DNA from: Candidatus Yanofskybacteria bacterium
GTDB taxonomy: Bacteria > Patescibacteriota > Minisyncoccia > 2-02-FULL-40-12 > GWA2-44-9
Direction of reading: 5' to 3'
Length of the DNA: 55,544 nt
NCBI GenBank assembly: GCA_023245235.1
Contig: JAHFKT010000003.1
Coordinates: 1-55,544 of the forward strand
Shown: one piece after another, positions 9,615-17,700 of the stretch
Layout: every line of letters begins with the position of its first letter
How positions within the stretch are numbered: position 1 is the stretch's first letter
Translations under genes and position numbers: made by a program
The notes under the pieces: generated by a model
Told to the model about the DNA's origin: nothing
What the model saw: the letters and a program-made list of their open reading frames with translations, nothing else
Database searches by the model: none

Positions 9615-9919
9615 CAGCGTTTTGGAATTATCGAACCCTCTTCTTCTTTTCTGAATACGTATTTCTTCGGTCCGAACATGAATGACATCGCCATAGCGAT
9701 GTAGTTTATCAGGGGCATATCATCGATCTTCAGGAATGCCAGCGCGCCGGCTATGGCGACGATCGGGATGGCTACGATGACCGCTGCGACCGGGCGCAGA
9801 ACGCTGAAATCAAGAAAAAGCATGGTGCCCCCGGCCGCTATCCAAAGGAATTGCTTCAGAGTGAACGGACCTACGATATTGATCTCGGTCTCGATGAATT
9901 GTGGCAATTGAAATCTCAT
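9614..9919 (-). CDS. PrgI/VirB3-like small two-TM protein
   Basis: 101 aa. LPQFIETEINIVGPFTLKQFLWIAAGG followed by two TM helices matches the PrgI-family pattern. Lies immediately upstream of the VirB4 ORFs. Confidence 0.55.
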   Translation of the reverse strand: MRFQLPQFIETEINIVGPFTLKQFLWIAAGGTMLFLDFSVLRPVAAVIVAIPIVAIAGALAFLKIDDMPLINYIAMAMSFMFGPKKYVFRKEEEGSIIPKR

Positions 9920-9925
9920 AACCGG

Positions 9926-12193
9926 TTAGCTGTTATTCTCTCCGTTCTTCAGGTCCAGGACATTAGCCGGACTTACGCTGGCTGTCGGCCCCGCCGGGGC
10001 GAATCCGATCGGCCGCTGACCTCCGGTTCCCTGGCCCCTGCCCCCCTGAGGAGGATTGCCCTGTGCGGTCGCACCCTGCCCCCCGCCCTGCCTGTTCCGG
10101 GCTTGATTTTGGAACTTCTCCCTCGGCGCCACTTCATTGAGGACCGCAAGCTTATCAGTATCCCCCTGTTCGATCAGGGTCCGCTCAAGATTATTCCGAA
10201 GATCCCAACTTGCTTTCGCTGATGGCACGGGTGAGCCCGGAATAACTGAACCAAAGAGCTTTTCTTTAAGGGCGGCCTTAAAGGCATCCGATTTCCAGAG
10301 GTCATCGGGCATGGCGGCGATATTCTTGGGCTCAGTATTAAGAGAGCCTGCAATAGCGCCGTACTGAGTCGGCATGGTGGATTTTTTGCCGGTAGCTTCT
10401 TCCCCGGGCTGTTCGAGCATGCCGTTATCTTTGCGATACGTATAAACCAGGTCGGGTCTGACCTTGGCCATATCACCAAGGAAGCTCTTGGCTTCCGGGG
10501 ATTCCTTTCCGCCAAGAATACGTACCGCATTGCCCAGCTGGTCGACGTCCTTAATCCCCGCCGCCAGCTTGGGGTCACTTTTCAAATAGTTAAGTAAGTC
10601 ACGACGGACCGGAACATCAGAGCCGTTCTTACCGAACTGATGATTGAGCGCAATATCAAGCAACTGTCTGTTGCCACCGAATTTGGCCTCTTTCGAAGTC
10701 TTTATAAAGTCCTGAAGCGCATAGGGATTACTCTCCAATTCGCTGAGCGTCCTCTTGAACCGGTTGGGATCACCGTCACCGAGCTGAGCCAGCTTTTTGC
10801 GGTAGGCGAAACCCTGAGGGCTGGTTGCATTGGAGCTGTCGGCCCGCTGTCTGATCGTGGCGATGTCAAGACGACCGGCGCTATAGTCATCTTCGATCTT
10901 GTCGTAGTTCTGCTTAATATTCGCAACGAAATCTTTTTGGTTCTTAAATTCCGCACCCCGCACCCCGAAGCGCTGGGCCCAGCCGGCCTGCTGTCGCTGC
11001 GTAGCCGCTTCTCCGCCGTAGATGCGGTTAAACAAACCACCCTGGGGACCGAGACCCTGTTTCTGGATCTCCTGGAGTTTTTGTTGGGCGGCACCTTGAG
11101 CGGCATAGTATGAACTGAATCCGGGTAGTCGTTTCACGAAATTCTTGGCTACGCCCACGCCGCCCTGGAATCCGCTGCCCATCTTTGAAGTAACCGCTAC
11201 CGCAGCGGCGGTACCACCGGCCATTACAAACGCGGAAAAGAGATAGAAGAACAGCGTATTGAAGGTATACGATCCGGTGCCGTAGATCAGCTTCTCGCTG
11301 CTGTATTGGTTTGCTACCGCGTTGATGATCATGTCCCGCTTACTCAAGAATACCAACCCCAGATAAAGGAAAAAGAGATAAACCGGCAGAAATAGATTCC
11401 AGCCGAAGAACAGACCCCACCATTTCTTAAACCAATGTTGTGTCCCGGAAAAGATATTCGCCATCCAGGCCAGGGGGGAGACGATCAGCAGCGCCCAGAT
11501 CACGAATATTCTGAAAAATGCGAACACCGTCGCAACGAGCAGGCTGAACATGAAGATAGCGCTCAGAATCACTCCGAACACCAAGGAGAGTCCGGCCGAC
11601 GATAGAATGTCCATGGTCTTAAAGCCGGGGTCAGTGGAGGTGGTGGGAGCCGTAAGAAATATCGACGGGTTAAGGAACTGGCCGAGCCGCTCGCCGGGAT
11701 TGCCGATCGATGCCAGAAAGACATTGGTCAGGACCTGGCAGCCGTCGATAACCAGACCGCCGATGACAAGACTGAAGTTTATCAGAACCGCGACGATCAG
11801 GAACCGGAATATCAGGTCCTGAAACCGCTGTTTCGAGACATCGAAGATCGTGGCGAACGCCATCCATATCAATGCGATCACGAACAGCATGTTCGAAAAA
11901 TCGCGCAGGATCTTCCATGTTTCAGTTATGACGGGGATATTGCCATAAGCTCGGACGTAGACGGCGTATGAAAATGCTTTGGCCAACCAGGCGGTGATGT
12001 TTTGAATGATCGCGAAAACCACCCAGAACAGATACGAAATGACGTAGCCGATGGCCGAAGTAGCAATGTCGGTGAGACCAAATATATCGGCGCGAATGAA
12101 GTGGGTCGGCATGATCACCAATGCGAAGACCAGAATCGCGATGATCCATATTTTGGCCCGGGATATGTTCTTAAAAAAATTTAGTACTTTCAT
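9926..12193 (-). CDS. Large polytopic membrane protein, candidate VirB6/TrbL-type channel component with long soluble C-terminal domain
   Basis: 755 aa. About 8 or more hydrophobic helices in the first ~340 aa, then a ~400 aa hydrophilic region ending in a Gly/Gln-rich tail (GGGQGATAQGNPPQGGRGQGTGGQ). Confidence 0.5.
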   Translation of the reverse strand: MKVLNFFKNISRAKIWIIAILVFALVIMPTHFIRADIFGLTDIATSAIGYVISYLFWVVFAIIQNITAWLAKAFSYAVYVRAYGNIPVITETWKILRDFSNMLFVIALIWMAFATIFDVSKQRFQDLIFRFLIVAVLINFSLVIGGLVIDGCQVLTNVFLASIGNPGERLGQFLNPSIFLTAPTTSTDPGFKTMDILSSAGLSLVFGVILSAIFMFSLLVATVFAFFRIFVIWALLIVSPLAWMANIFSGTQHWFKKWWGLFFGWNLFLPVYLFFLYLGLVFLSKRDMIINAVANQYSSEKLIYGTGSYTFNTLFFYLFSAFVMAGGTAAAVAVTSKMGSGFQGGVGVAKNFVKRLPGFSSYYAAQGAAQQKLQEIQKQGLGPQGGLFNRIYGGEAATQRQQAGWAQRFGVRGAEFKNQKDFVANIKQNYDKIEDDYSAGRLDIATIRQRADSSNATSPQGFAYRKKLAQLGDGDPNRFKRTLSELESNPYALQDFIKTSKEAKFGGNRQLLDIALNHQFGKNGSDVPVRRDLLNYLKSDPKLAAGIKDVDQLGNAVRILGGKESPEAKSFLGDMAKVRPDLVYTYRKDNGMLEQPGEEATGKKSTMPTQYGAIAGSLNTEPKNIAAMPDDLWKSDAFKAALKEKLFGSVIPGSPVPSAKASWDLRNNLERTLIEQGDTDKLAVLNEVAPREKFQNQARNRQGGGQGATAQGNPPQGGRGQGTGGQRPIGFAPAGPTASVSPANVLDLKNGENNS

Positions 12194-12235
12194 GAGCTAC
12201 GAATAATTATACCGCAAAAGAAGCTTTGGCATGGT

Positions 12236-13873
12236 CTAGGGTCCCCGATATCGGTCCGGACATGTCCCGTTACCGTCGGCAGGGCCGCATCCGGTCGGAT
12301 TCCAGGCTGGCTCGCTCCCGTCCCCTGTTCCGGCCAATACGTCGTAAATATATCCGTCAGAAAAAGCTATGATATCCACGGCGAATCCGCCGCAATTATT
12401 ACCGCCCGGTTTATCAAGGAATCCCGCCCCTCCACCGATCAATTGAACTGCGCGTTGAACAATTGCGAACCTGAAGCACTCATTGACCGCCCCGGGTTCG
12501 GGGAATTGTTTACCGGCGGCGACCAGCTCTGCCTTTGCGGCTGCCACTTCGGCCTGATGATTGCCGTGTTTAGTGCCGGCATCCGCCGGCGGAGGCGCCC
12601 CCGCCTCTGCGGTCGGCGACGGCAGCAAAGGATAGGGTTGGAACGTAGCCCCCGGCAGGCTTACGGCCGGAGAGGCTTTCAGCGCGTTCGCGCACGATTC
12701 CGTGCATCTGGTGTAGGGATACTCGTTCTTGCTGAACTCCTCCCGGACCTGTTCACAGTAGCTCTTGCCGCAGGCGTCATCATGATGGCCGAACAGGTTG
12801 GTGTGGCCGCTGCAGCTCTGGTGCTCCAGCGGAAATTGGGACCAGGCCTGCGGATAGTTAGTTTTGACCCAGAAACCGGCCTCGGGGCTGATGTTATCTT
12901 CGGCCATGCAGAACTCGTCCTTATACGAATCGCCCGTTCTCTGGGGGGAAGGCACCGAGTAGGTGCTCTCGTTCGTGTCCCCGCCTGAGGCGAATGCCAG
13001 GTCAAAAAATCGGTTCACGACGATGGTGGTCACCGCGGTGATCGCCGCGTTCGCGGCCGAGTCGTCCGACGCGGCAAGAAACTTGTTCACGCTGTCAAAA
13101 GCATTCGCGACATTCTTATCTACCGTAGAACCGGGGGTCTTGATGTTGCCGGGGACCAGACATTGAGTGCCGACACGGACTTTGCAGTCCCCTTCGCCGA
13201 AGCCGAGGAATCCGCCGCCCGCGACGGCTTTCGTGGTTGCCGCCGATTGGGCCAGCGCCCGTTGTCTGGTTATCTCGTCGATCGATTGGAACGCGGCGCC
13301 GTAAGGGTTGTTCTGGGGCTGGAGCATCCGGGACCAGGCATCCCAGCCGCCGTTGCCGGCGAAGTCCTGCTGGTATTTGCCGATGGTGAAACCCGAAGGC
13401 AATGAGCAGTTCGTCCCGAGGCCGAATGTCTGAAGCGAATTGGTCCGGGTATTCAGGCCGGTCAGGTTGACCGAAGCGCCCGGCAACACGCCGAAAGCCT
13501 TTTTGATATCGTTCGCGAAGTAGCTGCAGAGGTGGGAACTCGACAGCATGGCCCGGAAGACGCCCTCACCCGTATACTGGCCCTGCGTTGCGAAGTTCAC
13601 CCAGTTCAGGACGAAGCCGGCCTTGCCGTCGGGACCGCTGCTCCTGACCTTATCGAGCACCCGGTTGGTTAGCCGCTGGATGGCTATGGCGGCCGCCACC
13701 TTGCCGGCGACCTTGAGGGCGTAGACGGCCCAGTTCGATGCGCCATAGTCGCTGCCCGCATTCGCCGAAGGAGCCGTCGAAACCAAATACCCGCTCAGGA
13801 GAGCTATCACCAAGAGGCATGCGATGATCGTTTTACTGTGAGCCATTCTCTTCCATTTTAACAAGAGACCCAC
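12236..13873 (-). CDS. Cys-rich secreted or membrane-anchored protein (unknown function), first gene of the T4SS-like operon
   Basis: 545 aa. Signal/anchor IIACLLVIALLSGYLVSTAPSANA (alternative start M10 at 13846). About 16 Cys. GC-rich coding sequence. Confidence 0.6.
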   Translation of the reverse strand: MGLLLKWKRMAHSKTIIACLLVIALLSGYLVSTAPSANAGSDYGASNWAVYALKVAGKVAAAIAIQRLTNRVLDKVRSSGPDGKAGFVLNWVNFATQGQYTGEGVFRAMLSSSHLCSYFANDIKKAFGVLPGASVNLTGLNTRTNSLQTFGLGTNCSLPSGFTIGKYQQDFAGNGGWDAWSRMLQPQNNPYGAAFQSIDEITRQRALAQSAATTKAVAGGGFLGFGEGDCKVRVGTQCLVPGNIKTPGSTVDKNVANAFDSVNKFLAASDDSAANAAITAVTTIVVNRFFDLAFASGGDTNESTYSVPSPQRTGDSYKDEFCMAEDNISPEAGFWVKTNYPQAWSQFPLEHQSCSGHTNLFGHHDDACGKSYCEQVREEFSKNEYPYTRCTESCANALKASPAVSLPGATFQPYPLLPSPTAEAGAPPPADAGTKHGNHQAEVAAAKAELVAAGKQFPEPGAVNECFRFAIVQRAVQLIGGGAGFLDKPGGNNCGGFAVDIIAFSDGYIYDVLAGTGDGSEPAWNPTGCGPADGNGTCPDRYRGP

Positions 13874-13911
13874 TTGCCGACAATCAAGTTATAAGCTCAG
13901 ATCCAAAACTA

Positions 13912-13939
13912 AAAACAGCCGCCTTGCGGCGGCTGTTTT
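13912..13939 (-). terminator. Intrinsic terminator after the VOC gene
   Basis: 12-bp stem AAAACAGCCGCC / GGCGGCTGTTTT with loop TTGC. Confidence 0.7.
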
Positions 13940-13943
13940 CGGC

Positions 13944-14345
13944 TTACTTTTGTCCGGGATTACCGGGCATGATGGGTTTGATGACACCGATGACGTTGCC
14001 CTCGCAGTCCTCAACGTAGGCGTAGCGGCCCACCATTGGAATATCGAGAATTTCTCCGACGAGCTTGCCGCCGGATTTCTTGACCTTTTCCACGGCCGCA
14101 TCGCAGTCATCGACCGCGATGACGAGCACCGGAGACTTTATCGTTCCCCGCTTCATCATGCCGCCATTGATGAACGCCGGCCGCTCGGGCATCCCCTTCT
14201 CGTCGGTCGGTCCCGTCTGGAGGATGACATAGTTGCCATACTCTCCCGACATCACGTTCATCTTCCAGCCGAAGTTATCGGCATAGAATTTCTTTGCCCG
14301 TTCCACATCTTCCGCCGGTATCTCAAAATGTACTACTGGGTCCAT
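13944..14345 (-). CDS. VOC (glyoxalase/bleomycin-resistance/dioxygenase) family protein
   Basis: 133 aa. VHFEIPAEDVERAKKFYADNFGW and GGKLVGEILDIPMVGRYAYVEDCEGNVIGV are typical of the VOC fold. Confidence 0.85.
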   Translation of the reverse strand: MDPVVHFEIPAEDVERAKKFYADNFGWKMNVMSGEYGNYVILQTGPTDEKGMPERPAFINGGMMKRGTIKSPVLVIAVDDCDAAVEKVKKSGGKLVGEILDIPMVGRYAYVEDCEGNVIGVIKPIMPGNPGQK

Positions 14346-14385
14346 ATGATTTATGTTAGTTGGTTAACCTTAATATTAGTATATT

Positions 14386-14856
14386 TTATGAATTTTGGAT
14401 TGGTTCAGGAAAAAATAAACCGATTTTTAGACTTTCCAGCCGACCTTTTAAATCAGAGTTTAAAATCTCCTCTATTGTTGGCCAAGGAGTATAAGCTCTT
14501 GTTACGTGGCTTATATTATTATGTCGAGCTGCTCTTGCTTTTTTAACCACAGAATGACCCTCGAGCTGATCGATAGCTGGGCCATAGTAATTTCTTTTTA
14601 AAGAATCAATATTTTTTCTTGTATCAAATAAGTTTTGTAATCTAACACAAAGTTGGTCCCGAGTAAGCTCAAGAAGAACCCTTGCTGTCTCAGCTGTTAT
14701 GGGAAGGCCCGCTCTTTCGGAGGCATTCATTTTTCTGATTTTTAATACCCAATTATTCATTTCAGATAAAGCCTTGATTGAATCACAGCACTCGCTAATA
14801 ACAAAATGTATAGATTGAAGTGCGGGTCTTTTTTTAGAATTATTTTTTAAATTCAT
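14386..14856 (-). CDS. Hypothetical protein, AT-rich, possible HEPN-like domain
   Basis: I chose the ATG at 14856 because the longer ORF runs through the tRNA. RHNNISH fits the Rx4-6H HEPN motif. Visibly AT-rich relative to its neighbours. Confidence 0.45.
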   Translation of the reverse strand: MNLKNNSKKRPALQSIHFVISECCDSIKALSEMNNWVLKIRKMNASERAGLPITAETARVLLELTRDQLCVRLQNLFDTRKNIDSLKRNYYGPAIDQLEGHSVVKKARAARHNNISHVTRAYTPWPTIEEILNSDLKGRLESLKIGLFFPEPIQNS

Positions 14857-14859
14857 GTG

Positions 14860-14930
14860 TGGACCTGGGGAGAATCGAACTCCCGACCCGGCAATGCGAA
14901 TGCCGTATAATACCACTTTACGACAGGCCC
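14860..14930 (-). tRNA. tRNA-Ala (anticodon CGC)
   Basis: Hand-folded cloverleaf. Acceptor GGGCCTG/CAGGTCC with a G3:U70 pair, anticodon loop TTCGCAT, T-arm GGGAG-TTCGATT-CTCCC. No encoded CCA. Confidence 0.9.
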
Positions 14931-15328
14931 TTCTTCTTTAGGTATTCGTTAATCAACTTGATATGCTTCTGGTCTTTGGTCCGGCCGTGGAGCTTCTTCC
15001 AGACCAGCACGCTTTCCAATGATACGAATGGCAGGCCGTCGATTGTTTCCGCTTCACGGATGAGCTTGCCGATGTCCCAGATACCGGGCCGCCAGTCCCT
15101 CCAGAGCTCTATCTTAATACCGGCATCCAGGTACGGACTGCCGCTGGGCGCTTTTTTAAGTATCCAGCCCGGCCGCTCCTGGCTTTCCTCGAACACATCC
15201 TTGGTTACGATGATATCAAGGTCGTGGGGCTGGATGACCCCGCGCACCAACAGCGGCCCGCTGCCGAAGATGGCGTACTTGCCCTTCGGAAGGCCCAGGT
15301 CTTTTAATCGGTGAAATAGTGTTTTCAT
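14918..15328 (-). CDS. Minimal nucleotidyltransferase (Pol-beta superfamily, MNT-like)
   Basis: 136 aa. IFGSGPLLVRGVIQPHDLDIIV matches the GS...RG...DxD NTase motif. The last 13 nt, including the stop, overlap the 5' end of tRNA-Ala. Confidence 0.65.
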   Translation of the reverse strand: MKTLFHRLKDLGLPKGKYAIFGSGPLLVRGVIQPHDLDIIVTKDVFEESQERPGWILKKAPSGSPYLDAGIKIELWRDWRPGIWDIGKLIREAETIDGLPFVSLESVLVWKKLHGRTKDQKHIKLINEYLKKKGLS

Positions 15329-15329
15329 G

Positions 15330-16007
15330 TTATTTGACGATGACCCACCGGGCGACGTCAGCGGACTTTTTAATAGTCACCGTATCCCCTTCTCCCAGCT
15401 GGAAGAACTCCTGCTGATTGTCGGCATAGACGACGGCCGGCCCGCGGACGACCTGGAGTCTGATGGCCTTAGCGTCATCGAGCACGACATGGTCGAACTG
15501 CTCGGTGCTGTTGTTGAAGGCTAGGCCGATACCGGTCTCAAAGGAACTGTCGGTGATGCTCCGGTAGTAGGCGGTCGAGCCGAATGGCGTCGCGACCACG
15601 ATGCCGTCGCCGATGACGACTCCGCCGAGCTGCCGTTCGTCCGCCCAGAGATTGTAGCGGATGGCGTGGCGCGGATCGCCGTTGTGAACCGTAATGTCGT
15701 TCATCCCGGTTATCGTTTTGCCGTTGGCCGAACCTTCAAGTTTGATGAGCGTGCGGATGTCATAGCTTCCGGCTTTTACTTTTTTGAGCACCTCTTCGTT
15801 GGGCAGTACCGAGCATACTTTGCAGACGGCGCTGTCTTTGAGGACTATCTTGGGAATGCCGGGGTAGGCATGCTCGGCTTTCATGAACGTGCCGTCTCCG
15901 CCGAAGCTGACCACAAATTCAGGAGCGTCTTGTACGACCTGGAATCCCAATCTCTCAACCAGCTCTACGGCCCGCGCCTCGTTGTGACCGACAATTGCTA
16001 CTTTCAT
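15330..16007 (-). CDS. nadK: NAD kinase
   Basis: 225 aa with GGDGT (VSFGGDGTFM) and GDGIVVATPFGSTAYY motifs. Confidence 0.9.
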   Translation of the reverse strand: MKVAIVGHNEARAVELVERLGFQVVQDAPEFVVSFGGDGTFMKAEHAYPGIPKIVLKDSAVCKVCSVLPNEEVLKKVKAGSYDIRTLIKLEGSANGKTITGMNDITVHNGDPRHAIRYNLWADERQLGGVVIGDGIVVATPFGSTAYYRSITDSSFETGIGLAFNNSTEQFDHVVLDDAKAIRLQVVRGPAVVYADNQQEFFQLGEGDTVTIKKSADVARWVIVK

Positions 16008-16027
16008 GCGTCTGTTTAGCCGCTGTG

Positions 16028-16098
16028 TCGGGCCGCCGGGAATCGAACCCGGTCCCTACGAACCCGAATCGTATGTACTACCGGCATACTCCGGCCCG
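16028..16098 (-). tRNA. tRNA-Pro (anticodon CGG)
   Basis: Acceptor CGGGCCG/CGGCCCG (C1:G72), discriminator A, anticodon loop TTCGGGT, T-arm CCGGG-TTCGATT-CCCGG. No encoded CCA. Confidence 0.9.
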
Positions 16099-16124
16099 AC
16101 ACAACGGCCAATCCTTTTTAAGTT

Positions 16125-17558
16125 TTAAACGTAGAATTTTTCCATCCGTTCCTTGTCTTCTTCCTCTCGGGCTTTCTCGATAGCATCTAATGCTTTTTGC
16201 AGGTCCTGGGCCGTCAGTTTGTCCAGTTCGTGTATCCTCCCGGTCAGATATTCTACCCCATTTTTGGCCGGTTCGTCCAGTACTTCGGCCAGGAGCGTGC
16301 TTAAGATAAGACCGATCTTCGGGCCAGGTTTTATGCCCAATTCCTTCATCACGTCCTGGCCGTTGACCTTGAGCATTTTGACCGAGATGGGGTCGTGGGA
16401 GACCTTGTCGATGATGTACTTCATGTGCCGCAGTTTGTAGGGCACGGCTTTGGGACGGCCGGAGCCGATGCGGTCGGCTTCGCGAACCTTTAACAGGTCT
16501 TCAATGTTATCCGGTCCGACATTGACCAAGAGGCGCCGGACCGAGGACTCGGTCACCTCGCCGACGTTGTAGAAGAACATATGATACCGCACGAGCTTCA
16601 CGACCTGTTCGGTCAGGTCTTTGGAAAAGCGCAGGCGTTCCATGATGCCGGCCGTGATGCGGGCGCCGATGACCTCGTGGCCGTAGAACGTTGAATGCTC
16701 CCCTTCTCCGCGCTTGGACTGGGGCTTGCCGATGTCATGGAACAGCGCCGCCAGACGCACCGCCAGCGAATAATTTTTTTCGGCCGTGTATTTTAACGCG
16801 CGAACGAGATGCTCCCAGACCGAATAGATGTGGTGGAGGTTCTGACTGACGCCGATGCCGACCCGCAGTTCCGGAACGATATGTTCCATGAGCTCCGTTT
16901 CTTCAAGAAGGAGCATGCCCTCGTAGGCATTGTCGGACTCGACGATCTTCACGAACTCATCCCGGATGCGTTCTTTCGAGATGGCCGCCAGCCATTTTGA
17001 GTTTTTCCTGACGGCGGCCAGCGTTCCTTTTTCGATATCAAAACCCAGGACCGTGGCAAAGCGGACCGCCCGCAGAAGGCGCAGAGCGTCTTCGCCAAAG
17101 CGTTCCTCCGGTTTGCCGACCGTGCGGATAAGTTTCTTTTTGAGGTCATTTTCGCCGCCGTAGAGGTCGGTTATTGTTCCGTCGGGGTCCATTGCCATTG
17201 CGTTCACGGTAAAGTCCCGGCGCGACAGGTCGTCCTCGAGTTTATCGGCAAAACGGATCTCGTCCGGATGGCGCTTGTCGGAATACTTAGCCTCGATGCG
17301 ATACGGCGTGACCTGGACTTCTTTCAGGCCCGGGTCCTCGGAGCCGGTCTTGACCGTGACCGTGCCGAAGTTGTTCTCGTAGAAATTCTCCGGGAATAGT
17401 TTCTGGATATCTTCGGGCTTGGCGTTGGTGGTGACGTCCCAGTCCTTGGGCGTTTTGCCGAGCATCAGGTCGCGGACGCATCCGCCGACCGCGTGGGCCT
17501 CAAAGCCCCCTTTGTTCAGGGTTTGGAGAATGGATTGTACTTCGGTTGGTAGTCGCAT
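16125..17558 (-). CDS. cca: CCA-adding tRNA nucleotidyltransferase with HD domain
   Basis: 477 aa. GGCVRDLMLGKTPKDWDVTT head domain, RRDFTVNAMA motif, HD region (LFHDIGKP). Confidence 0.9.
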   Translation of the reverse strand: MRLPTEVQSILQTLNKGGFEAHAVGGCVRDLMLGKTPKDWDVTTNAKPEDIQKLFPENFYENNFGTVTVKTGSEDPGLKEVQVTPYRIEAKYSDKRHPDEIRFADKLEDDLSRRDFTVNAMAMDPDGTITDLYGGENDLKKKLIRTVGKPEERFGEDALRLLRAVRFATVLGFDIEKGTLAAVRKNSKWLAAISKERIRDEFVKIVESDNAYEGMLLLEETELMEHIVPELRVGIGVSQNLHHIYSVWEHLVRALKYTAEKNYSLAVRLAALFHDIGKPQSKRGEGEHSTFYGHEVIGARITAGIMERLRFSKDLTEQVVKLVRYHMFFYNVGEVTESSVRRLLVNVGPDNIEDLLKVREADRIGSGRPKAVPYKLRHMKYIIDKVSHDPISVKMLKVNGQDVMKELGIKPGPKIGLILSTLLAEVLDEPAKNGVEYLTGRIHELDKLTAQDLQKALDAIEKAREEEDKERMEKFYV

Positions 17559-17568
17559 TACCCGGTTA

Positions 17569-17640
17569 TGCCCTCAGTAGGAATCGAACCTACATCTATC
17601 CCTTAGGACGGGACTGTTCTATCCATTGAACTACGAGGGC
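17569..17640 (-). tRNA. tRNA-Arg (anticodon CCT)
   Basis: Acceptor GCCCTCG/TGAGGGC, anticodon stem GTCCC/GGGAT, loop GTCCTAA, T-arm GTAGG-TTCGATT-CCTAC. No encoded CCA. Confidence 0.88.
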
Positions 17641-17664
17641 TATTAAGTGGCTATTTATCTTGTC

Positions 17665-17693
17665 ATAATACCATTTTAGTGTTAATTTTTCAA
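17665..17693 (-). promoter_or_regulatory. Sigma70-like promoter for the tRNA-Arg/cca minus-strand array
   Basis: On the minus strand: TTGAAA (17693-17688), 17 nt spacer, TATTAT (17670-17665), about 25 nt upstream of the tRNA 5' end. Back-to-back with a TTGTCA-17-TAATTT motif facing murA. Confidence 0.4.
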
Positions 17694-17700
17694 ACGTTTC

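Noticed and set aside
12443-12988. 181-aa plus-strand ORF, and other ORFs inside 12.2-13.9 kb
   Set aside because: The high GC here keeps several frames open. The Arg-rich translations look non-genic. The minus-strand 545-aa ORF with a signal peptide is the coherent reading.
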